Assembly: GCA_008501765.1 (NCBI GenBank)
Contig: QQUE01000014.1
Span: 141,299-173,298, forward strand
Direction: 5' to 3'
DNA: 32,000 bases
Source: Calditrichota bacterium
GTDB taxonomy: Bacteria; Zhuqueibacterota; Zhuqueibacteria; Zhuqueibacterales; Geothermadaptataceae
Part shown: positions 9,174-16,165 of the stretch, one piece after another
Position numbering within the stretch: position 1 is the stretch's first letter
Layout: every line of letters begins with the position of its first letter
Position numbers and translations under genes: made by a program
The notes under the pieces: model-generated
Database searches by the model: none
What the model was told of the DNA's origin: nothing
The model's input: the letters and a program-made list of their open reading frames with translations, nothing else

Positions 9174-10973
9174 TTATTTTACCATTTCTTTGCTGATAGC
9201 CGATTGCCGTACTGTTCGCATGAGCTGTCGGCGTGCGAGGGTAACTTCTTCATCTGTAACGTCGTTGCTGGCCTCAAGGCTGGCCTGAACCATCTCAGCA
9301 AGTTTATCTGGTAAAGCTTCGATTATCCGGTTCACGGTCGAATCATCGACATGGATGAGGGATTTTGCCAATAAATCGCGATCAACAGTAAAAGCCAATT
9401 CGCGTACTTTTTCAGCAGGCAGCTCAACCAGTTGGCTAAAAGTCATGTACTTTGCTTTGATCCGCTGTGATAAATTCAAATCTTGAGTTTCGATGTATTC
9501 CAGGATTTGCTCCTGATCAAAATCATCCATAAAATCAAGAATATTAACCAAGGCGTCAATGCCATCGGAGCGGACAAAACGCATCGATTCAACATCTTTT
9601 GCCCGGACGAGGAGTTGCCTCGCAATGTGCTGATAAACATCCGCCGGCACTTTCTCTACATTGCCCATTGCGGCAAGCGCGGCGGGTTGTTTGCGCGGCT
9701 CCAGCGATTTGATCAATTTATAAGCACGTTCAGGTTGCAACTGTGCTAAAACGATGGCCCGCACGCCGTCTTTCAATGGTTTAATCAGGTGCAATAACTG
9801 ATCATCTGACAATTGGTGTAAAAATGCCAAAGCATCGATTTCTTCTTCATTTCGGATAGCAGAAATGGCTGTATTTCGTAAATTCTCGTCAAATCGTTTT
9901 ATAAGCTCAGGCCCGGCTGTGACCACCTCATCCTCAGGCACTTCTTCCACATGCTGTTGCACATCGGCGGAAATTTTTGCGCCAAGATGCTCGGCAAGAA
10001 ATCCATTTAAATGTTTCGAAGTAGCCCGGAACAAAATGGCAGCATCCCGCGGACCATTGCGTTCATCGGTTTTCACCCATGTTTTAATAACCTGGGCAGC
10101 CGCTCTTGGTGTTCCGATTATCGCATCAACCACCGATGATTTTAGCGTGCGAAAGGCTGCTTCATCCGAGGAAGCTTCAGTCTCTTTATCTTGCGGTTTC
10201 TGCTCGGAGGAGGGAGTTGGCTCCGGCATTACTTTAGGACGTTCCGGACTCAATTTTTTCAGAATTGAATTCATCCCCCAAAAAAGAATAATTAAAAAGA
10301 TGCCGGCGATCACTGCCGCAAATATAAATGGCCGCCAATCCATGCCAGCCAATTGTTCGTCGGGAAAAAGCGATTGTGTGAAGGCTTCCTGTTTGCTGCT
10401 ATCGCGCAAACTTTTTGTACCCAATCGATTGAAATAATTGGCTTTAACCGGGAAATCAAATGCTTCGACTGACACCCGATCCCCACGTTTGGGATCCATA
10501 TCAGCAGAAAGAGAAACCAACCGCCGGATAAATGCCCAGTCCCCTTCGGTGAAACTTTTATCCACCAGCACATTGACATTTAACCGTTTCACTTGCATGC
10601 CGGAGTTCTCCGCCACTTCACGAAACTGGTCGTTTTCCTGCTCGTTGTCATTCCCCTGCCCGGGTATAAATGGTAAACCAGGCAAAGACATTACTTCTTT
10701 TTTCAACAAAACATCAGGAAGCGGCGGCAAGGGTTTGCGCTTGCGTACTTTTTCCAATTGCACATTGGCTTTAACTACAAACTTGGTTTCCGGGAAATAG
10801 GTGAGCAAGGCTGTTTCCAGGTTCCACGAAAGGTTCGCTTCCATCGTTTTTTCGATGCCCTCGAGAGTCTTTTCCGAAGCTGGAATTTGCGCGCTGCTGC
10901 CAACACAGGCTAATCCCCAAACCATTCCTGTAAAAAATAGTCGTTTAAGATTTCTGCAAAATGTTATTTTCAT
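9174..10973 (-). CDS. Membrane-anchored chimera: short FliF/YscJ-like periplasmic region, one TM helix, Pro/acidic linker, then a full-length FliG-like (N, middle, C) cytoplasmic region
   Basis: N-terminal hydrophobic segment (signal peptide or TM1). The periplasmic segment ends in VKRLNVNVLVDKSFTEGDWAFIRRLVSLSADMDPKRGDRVSVEAFDF, which matches the FliF C-terminal periplasmic pattern. TM helix RPFIFAAVIAGIFLIILFWGM. The C-terminal ~145 aa (DGIDALVNILDFMD ... ILEYIETQDLNLSQRIKAKYMTFSQLVEL ... ALPDKLAEMVQASL ...) align without gaps, by eye, to the FliG hinge, MFxF motif and C-terminal domain. Confidence 0.65.
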   Translation of the reverse strand: MKITFCRNLKRLFFTGMVWGLACVGSSAQIPASEKTLEGIEKTMEANLSWNLETALLTYFPETKFVVKANVQLEKVRKRKPLPPLPDVLLKKEVMSLPGLPFIPGQGNDNEQENDQFREVAENSGMQVKRLNVNVLVDKSFTEGDWAFIRRLVSLSADMDPKRGDRVSVEAFDFPVKANYFNRLGTKSLRDSSKQEAFTQSLFPDEQLAGMDWRPFIFAAVIAGIFLIILFWGMNSILKKLSPERPKVMPEPTPSSEQKPQDKETEASSDEAAFRTLKSSVVDAIIGTPRAAAQVIKTWVKTDERNGPRDAAILFRATSKHLNGFLAEHLGAKISADVQQHVEEVPEDEVVTAGPELIKRFDENLRNTAISAIRNEEEIDALAFLHQLSDDQLLHLIKPLKDGVRAIVLAQLQPERAYKLIKSLEPRKQPAALAAMGNVEKVPADVYQHIARQLLVRAKDVESMRFVRSDGIDALVNILDFMDDFDQEQILEYIETQDLNLSQRIKAKYMTFSQLVELPAEKVRELAFTVDRDLLAKSLIHVDDSTVNRIIEALPDKLAEMVQASLEASNDVTDEEVTLARRQLMRTVRQSAISKEMVK

Positions 10974-11247
10974 CCTGATTTTCCTTTATTGAAGAGTCTT
11001 ATCATTCATCGGAAAAATAGGAAAACACTTAAAATTAAAGCCCATTCGCAACAAAATCTTAAAAAGATAAATTGGCAGGAATGCAGAATTTTTCAGGACA
11101 GGAGTTAAACTTTTGTACGCCTGTTTATTGGTTGGATGATTTTTTTTGAAGAAAAATTGTGGGTGAAGTCCCCGGTTAATAAAATTTTTGATTAGGTCTT
11201 TAGCTCCGTTGCCTTTTCCCTGTTGGCCTTTGAAAAATGGCGTTAAG

Positions 11248-11530
11248 AAATTTTGGATTATTTCCGTTAAGAACCATTTTCTGTTTGAGCGCAGCGAGTT
11301 TAACCTGCTTTATTCACAAATATCTGTTAAAATATTCTTAACCTTTTGATAATTAGATATTTGAGATAAGACGAGAAGAGAAGTTAAGTTATCTATTAAA
11401 ATTAGTTCTCACAAAGCCACGGAGTTCACAAAGTTATGATTTATAAGTATTTAAATATTTTCTTTGCGGACTTAGTGCCTTTGTGTGAGAATTATTCAGG
11501 TTAAATGATTTAGGAAATAATCCAAAATTT
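11248..11530. repeat. Nested inverted-repeat element (MITE-like or structured RNA) in a long intergenic region
   Basis: Perfect 18-bp IR: aaattttggattatttcc (11248-11265) versus ggaaataatccaaaattt (11513-11530). Inner perfect 9-bp IR: tttaacctg (11299-11307) versus caggttaaa (11497-11505). Innermost imperfect 'CACAAAG' palindrome: ctcacaaagccacggagttcacaaag (11408-11433) versus ctttgcggacttagtgcctttgtgtgag (11462-11489). Confidence 0.6.
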
Positions 11531-11579
11531 ACGACTACCTGTTTGCTTCGCAATTAGTCATTTTTCGTCAGCCTTGATT

Positions 11580-11646
11580 TTGCTTCGCCGGCTTTCAGCT
11601 TTTTATTTCTTTTTTGATCAAGCAAAGCCAACGGCCGGCGAAGCAA
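11580..11646. repeat. GC-rich 13-bp perfect inverted repeat, with a third copy of the core nearby
   Basis: ttgcttcgccggc (11580-11592) versus gccggcgaagcaa (11634-11646). An additional direct copy tttgcttcgc lies at 11542-11551. Neither strand has a U-tract after the hairpin. Confidence 0.5.
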
Positions 11647-11798
11647 TAAGAAAAAATTAAATGGTTAATACTAAAGTAGTTATTTGCTTAAATGCGGAGT
11701 TAATGGCTCAATCAATAAAAATATTATATTGAATACCTGCATAACAGGTTTGGGAAATCGATTTTCTGTTACACAGATATCCAATATTTCATATCGTC

Positions 11799-12725
11799 CT
11801 ATTTATCGCGAACTATATCACTGCGGCTAAATCCACTTCCGGAAACAATGGAGCACTTCGAGGCTTTGCCTTTGCCAACGGAATTGCTGGTTACTTTAAT
11901 TTGACCAACTTTTTCTTCCTCGGATCCCAGAGAAAGCCCGGTGTCGGGATCGATGAGCTCTTCACCGGGGCGATAAACTGTGAACACGTCGCCAACTTTA
12001 ACGCCATTGGCACTTCCGGCGTTGATAATAATCGTGCCACCGCTCACTTTGACAATTTTTCCCTGCCATTTCATATTCGATGATTTATCATCGACAATTT
12101 TCATGATGTCTTCGATTGCCTGGCGCGTCGCTTTACCAATGAGAGACTGGTCGAACTTATTGCGATTATTAAAACTAAGTCCTTCTTTTCGGAAACTGAG
12201 GCCACGTTTTTTCTTTTCACGGCGAATATTTTCTGCCGACAAAATTTCTCCGGTTGTGGTATTCACCAGGCGCACGTCAACTGCCACGGTAACCGTCTGC
12301 GAACTCACACCAACACCAATCCCTTTGGCGGTACCCCCAACATCGCCTTTGGAATGCCCAAATTCTGTAACTGTTCCAATTACCGCAATTTCGACACCAA
12401 GCAATTTACCGGCCTGAGCGGCTGTTTGTGGGGTAACCAGACCACTCATTCCTAATTTCTGTTCTTGCATAATTTTGTCCAAAGCCGTGCGTTCGATAAC
12501 GGTATATTTACCCGTTTTTACCAATTCGGTTATCAACATATCCGCCATTCCGCGCCCAGGTCCCTGGCCAGTCCACCACATAACCCGGTGGTCTGTTTTG
12601 TCCTGAAATTCAAAAACAGCGATGCGTTTTTTCTTACCACCTTTTTCTGCAGCCATCAAACCGGACACTTGCAGCATCAGAATAGCGAAAAATAAAAACT
12701 GAATCAGGGAAACAACTTTCTTCAT
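11799..12725 (-). CDS. CsgG-family periplasmic/outer-membrane protein with an extra C-terminal beta-rich domain
   Basis: After a signal peptide comes KKKRIAVFEFQDKT ... GRGMADMLITELVKTGKYTVIERTALDKIMQEQKL ... AAQAGKLLGVEIAVIGTVTEFG ... VAVDVRLVNTTTGEIL, the CsgG-family pattern. The C-terminal ~90 aa (GKIVKVSGGTIIINAGSANGVKVGDVFTVY ...) form an added small beta domain. The signal peptide has no lipobox Cys. Confidence 0.7.
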   Translation of the reverse strand: MKKVVSLIQFLFFAILMLQVSGLMAAEKGGKKKRIAVFEFQDKTDHRVMWWTGQGPGRGMADMLITELVKTGKYTVIERTALDKIMQEQKLGMSGLVTPQTAAQAGKLLGVEIAVIGTVTEFGHSKGDVGGTAKGIGVGVSSQTVTVAVDVRLVNTTTGEILSAENIRREKKKRGLSFRKEGLSFNNRNKFDQSLIGKATRQAIEDIMKIVDDKSSNMKWQGKIVKVSGGTIIINAGSANGVKVGDVFTVYRPGEELIDPDTGLSLGSEEEKVGQIKVTSNSVGKGKASKCSIVSGSGFSRSDIVRDK

Positions 12726-12993
12726 GAGGTTTTCTCCTCTTTGGTGAGTATTTAATGTTGTATTAATTTCAAAAAATTCCGACAGTCCCTAAAATTAGAT
12801 TCTATAAATTTAAATAAAACATTTATTTTTGCAAACTCATATTTACAAAATTTATAGATTATGTAAAAATAATTCAAAAGTTGTATATTAAATGATTATC
12901 AAATTCAGTCCAAAGTTATACAGAGAGCGAACGCTTTCCAAAAAAAATGAGAGAATTTAAATCCATGCACCAAACTCAGGCTGCCGTTATCTG

Positions 12994-13905
12994 ATGAAAC
13001 CAAGTTTATTGATTCTTGCCGCCGGACTCGGTTCCCGCTATGGCAGCCTCAAACAAATAGATCAATTCGGGCCATCTGGCGAAACAATTATTGATTATTC
13101 GATTTACGATGCCATCAAAGCAGGTTTTAAAAAAGTGGTGTTTGTCATTCGGAAAAACATTGAATCCGAATTCAAAGACGTTTTTGTCGATAAATTTTCA
13201 GAGAAAATTGAAATCGACTATGCGCTCCAGGAAATCGAATCGGTACCACAGGGCGTTCAATTCTCTAAATTTCGAAAAAAACCATGGGGCACCGGGCATG
13301 CCGTGCTCGTTGCCGCGAATCGAATTAATGAACCATTTGCCGTTGTCAATGCCGATGATTTTTATGGCGCACATTCCTTTCAATTAATATACAATTATTT
13401 GAATTCTCAATGTTTGGAAAACCTGGTCTGTGGCCTGGTCGGCTTCAAACTCACGAATACAATCTCGGAATTTGGCGCAGTCTCCCGTGGCATCTGTGAG
13501 TATAAAAATGGCAGATTACAAAGCATTATCGAACGGACTAAAATCTATAAAAAAGATGATGCGATAGTTTTCGAAGACGAAAACGGTCAAATTTGTGAAT
13601 TGGCAAAAGGAGCCATTGTTTCGATGAATTTAATGGGATTTACGCCAGCTATTTTCGCTTTTCTGGAGCAGCGATTTAAGGTGTTCGCCAACAAAAACAA
13701 GGATAATCTTGAAGCTGAATTTTTTCTGCCAAATGTTGTCAACGACCTGGCTGTCGCCAAATTAGCCAGGGTGAGCCTTTTGCCAAGCAGCGAAAAATGG
13801 TTTGGGGTCACTTACCAGCAAGATAAACCAGTTGCCAAAAGAAAATTGGGCGAACTGATCACGGCGGGAATTTACCCGGAAAATTTATGGGCCGCGAAGA
13901 GCTAA
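12994..13905 (+). CDS. Sugar-1-phosphate nucleotidyltransferase (NTP-transferase fold, MurU-like)
   Basis: N-terminal LILAAGLGSRYGSLKQ is the G-x-G-[ST]-R nucleotide-binding loop of GT-A nucleotidyltransferases. The VVNADDFYG acidic motif is present. The stop lies 3 nt before the next gene. Confidence 0.75.
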   Translation: MKPSLLILAAGLGSRYGSLKQIDQFGPSGETIIDYSIYDAIKAGFKKVVFVIRKNIESEFKDVFVDKFSEKIEIDYALQEIESVPQGVQFSKFRKKPWGTGHAVLVAANRINEPFAVVNADDFYGAHSFQLIYNYLNSQCLENLVCGLVGFKLTNTISEFGAVSRGICEYKNGRLQSIIERTKIYKKDDAIVFEDENGQICELAKGAIVSMNLMGFTPAIFAFLEQRFKVFANKNKDNLEAEFFLPNVVNDLAVAKLARVSLLPSSEKWFGVTYQQDKPVAKRKLGELITAGIYPENLWAAKS

Positions 13906-13908
13906 ATT

Positions 13909-15015
13909 ATGACAAATTATGATCTGAAATTTATAGCTGCAAATTTTGAAATTGAGGGGAATTTTCACAGTGCAGAACCTTTTGGAAATGGGCACATTAA
14001 CGATACTTTTCTCATAAGCATGGCAGAAAAGAATAATCGCCACTACCTTTTGCAGCGCATCAATGATCATGTTTTTCGAAATGTGCCGCAGTTGATGCAA
14101 AATATTGAAAATGTAACGCGCCATATCCGCAATAAAATCAGAAATATACCAGGCGCAGATCCGGAACGCAATTGTATGACTTTCATCCCGGCAGGAAATG
14201 GAAAACCATTTTATCAGGATGATGACGGAAACTTATGGCGGGCTTGTTATTTTATCGAAAACAGCTTTAGCTATGATAGCGTTAAATCACCGGAACACGC
14301 CCGGCAAGGTGGCTTGGCGTTTGGAAATTTTCAAAAATTACTGGCTGATTTCCCTGCCAAGTTGCTGCACGAAACCATCCCCAATTTTCACAATGTGGAT
14401 GTTAGGCTCGAGAGTTTTTACAGAACAATTAAACGTGATCCGTTTAAAAGAACACAAGCTGGATCGAAAGAAATTCGATTCATAGAAAATCGTGCCGATG
14501 AAATGCACCATATTCTTCATCTCGGAGACAAGGGCAAAATTGCCACCCGCATAACCCACAACGATACGAAATTTAACAATGTTCTTTTCGACAAATCAGG
14601 CAAATTTCTCTGCGTAATCGATCTCGACACCGTCATGCCCGGATACGTGCACTATGACTTTGGCGATGCCATCCGTACTGGTTGCAACACCGGTTCGGAA
14701 GATGATCCGAATCTGGAAAAAGTTGAATTGAATATAATTTTTTTTGAAGCATACACGAATGGATTCTTGCACGAAACCAAGTCTTTTCTCAGCACAATTG
14801 AAATTGAAAATCTGGCATTTTCGGCCAAACTCCTCACTTACATAATGGGTTTGCGTTTTCTCACGGATTACTTTGACGGGGATAACTACTATAAAATTCA
14901 CCACAAAAACCATAATTTGCAACGAGCCAGAGCCCAATTCAAGTTATTAGAAAGTATGGAAAGTCAATACAGCAGGATGCAGGCGATTATTTTGCAGCAG
15001 GCCGGCTTGGGATAG
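13909..15015 (+). CDS. APH-fold sugar anomeric kinase (NahK/AmgK-like phosphotransferase)
   Basis: Brenner-type catalytic motif HNDTKFNNVLFD and Mg-binding VIDLDTV. Length and position next to a nucleotidyltransferase fit the N-acetylhexosamine/MurNAc 1-kinase families. Confidence 0.7.
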   Translation: MTNYDLKFIAANFEIEGNFHSAEPFGNGHINDTFLISMAEKNNRHYLLQRINDHVFRNVPQLMQNIENVTRHIRNKIRNIPGADPERNCMTFIPAGNGKPFYQDDDGNLWRACYFIENSFSYDSVKSPEHARQGGLAFGNFQKLLADFPAKLLHETIPNFHNVDVRLESFYRTIKRDPFKRTQAGSKEIRFIENRADEMHHILHLGDKGKIATRITHNDTKFNNVLFDKSGKFLCVIDLDTVMPGYVHYDFGDAIRTGCNTGSEDDPNLEKVELNIIFFEAYTNGFLHETKSFLSTIEIENLAFSAKLLTYIMGLRFLTDYFDGDNYYKIHHKNHNLQRARAQFKLLESMESQYSRMQAIILQQAGLG

Positions 15016-15107
15016 AAAAAGGAACCATGGGATTCGGGTTTGCAACCATCGCTGTGTTTGGCGATTTCTGACCTGAAATTATAATTTTAAAAAATAAATT
15101 GCCATGG

Positions 15108-15140
15108 CAACGCATGATTTATAAAAAAGAAGCGTCTAAA
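15108..15140 (+). promoter_or_regulatory. Candidate ECF-type promoter upstream of the sigma factor gene
   Basis: caaCGCAtgatttataaaaaagaaGCGTCTAAA. The CGTC-containing -10-like element is at 15132-15140, 26 nt before the ATG. The same CGCA-N18-CGTCTAAA arrangement recurs at 16816-16848. Confidence 0.3.
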
Positions 15141-15165
15141 ATTAAAACCGCATCATTTAGCATAT

Positions 15166-15726
15166 ATGCAATCGCACAAATCAATGGATAAATTTACTAA
15201 CTTCAGGTCAATTGTCGAATCGCATCAGGAAAAAGTGCGCACTACCTGCTTCCGCTATGTTCATAATGCCGAAGATGCGGATGATATTGCTCAGGAAGTC
15301 TTCGTGCAAGTTTATGAATCCCTCACGCATTTTCGCGAAGACGCGGAGCTTTCCACATGGATTTACCGCATTGCCGTAAACAAATCGCTGGATTTTCTAC
15401 GCAAAAAGAAACGCAAAAAACGCTTTGCGCAACTTACTACTTTGTTTGGTTTTGATGAGGGAAAAGAGGAAATTATTTTACCGGCCAGCGGCGATCCACA
15501 ACAGGATATGGAAGCGAATGAACAAAAGCACGTTCTGAATACAGCCATCGAGCGACTTCCGGAAAACCAGCAGACTGTGATCACCCTGAGCAAATACCAA
15601 GGATTCAGCAACAAGGAAATTGCAGATATCATGAAGCTTTCTCTCTCCGCTGTTGAGGCGCTGATGCATCGGGCCAAAAAGAATTTGCACAAGCGATTGT
15701 ATAATTATTATGAAAAGATTGCATAA
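15166..15726 (+). CDS. ECF-family RNA polymerase sigma-70 factor
   Basis: Region 2 (DAEDIAQEVFVQVY ... WIYRIAVNKSLDFLRKKKR) and region 4 helix-turn-helix (LPENQQTVITLSKYQGFSNKEIADIMKLSLSAVEALMHRAKKNL). The true start may be the internal Met at 15184. Confidence 0.9.
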   Translation: MQSHKSMDKFTNFRSIVESHQEKVRTTCFRYVHNAEDADDIAQEVFVQVYESLTHFREDAELSTWIYRIAVNKSLDFLRKKKRKKRFAQLTTLFGFDEGKEEIILPASGDPQQDMEANEQKHVLNTAIERLPENQQTVITLSKYQGFSNKEIADIMKLSLSAVEALMHRAKKNLHKRLYNYYEKIA

Positions 15727-15829
15727 CACGCGCAAGTTTTGGATAAAAAAAACGTCCAAGGATGTAGTGTCAATTATTGCATGAAAAATGAACGTAAAAG
15801 TGCGTCGCATTTTTAAAGAGGGCACAATA

Positions 15830-16156
15830 ATGAATAAAAAAGAAAAAATCGAACAACAAATCCGCGAGACGCTGGATCAGTTTGAGCATGCAGATCAGCT
15901 CCCGCCCAATCCGTTTTTTTATACCCGGGTTAAAGCCAGATTGGATGAGAGGCATCAGCAAAGCCATGTTTTCTTCGCAATTCTTAAACCGGCTCTATTG
16001 GCAGTTTTGGTGGCCATGAATTTGAGCACAGCTTTTTGGTATGTGAGTGTAGATAATCAGGTAACCCAGGTTGATTCACATCAGGAATTAATAGAATTAC
16101 TGGGAAGCGATTTAAAGCTGGACAACAATCAAAGCAACATACTCGATTATAAATAG
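15830..16156 (+). CDS. Putative single-pass anti-sigma factor / membrane protein
   Basis: Position immediately after the ECF sigma gene. Short cytoplasmic N-terminus and one TM helix (FFAILKPALLAVLVAMNLSTAFWYV). I prefer ATG 15830, preceded by AGAGGG, over the track start at 15788. Confidence 0.5.
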   Translation: MNKKEKIEQQIRETLDQFEHADQLPPNPFFYTRVKARLDERHQQSHVFFAILKPALLAVLVAMNLSTAFWYVSVDNQVTQVDSHQELIELLGSDLKLDNNQSNILDYK

Positions 16157-16165
16157 GAATCTAAA

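Noticed and set aside
9865-10437. 190-aa + strand ORF, and similar long antisense ORFs at 11980-12417, 19824-20360, 22004-22507, 2181-2546 and 3654-4049
   Set aside because: All lie fully inside, and antisense to, ORFs with strong family motifs. They have Ser/Cys/Arg-rich low-complexity translations and no recognisable domains. They are shadow ORFs, and the one at 22004-22507 is caused by the GC-rich Pro/Gly-coding insert.
5774-10973. Ordinary fragment of a flagellar gene cluster
   Set aside because: No fliM/fliN/fliH/fliI/flhA/rod/hook genes flank it on either side. The FliG-like region is fused to a membrane anchor and lacks the EHPQ FliM-binding motif. I cannot exclude flagellar genes elsewhere in the genome, so this remains the main alternative to test.
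15024-15060. GGAACC at about 15024 as the -35 element of the ECF promoter
   Set aside because: No CGTC-type -10 element lies 16-17 nt downstream, and the site overlaps the end of the kinase gene region. The CGTCTAAA element at 15132-15140 is the better, though still weak, candidate.
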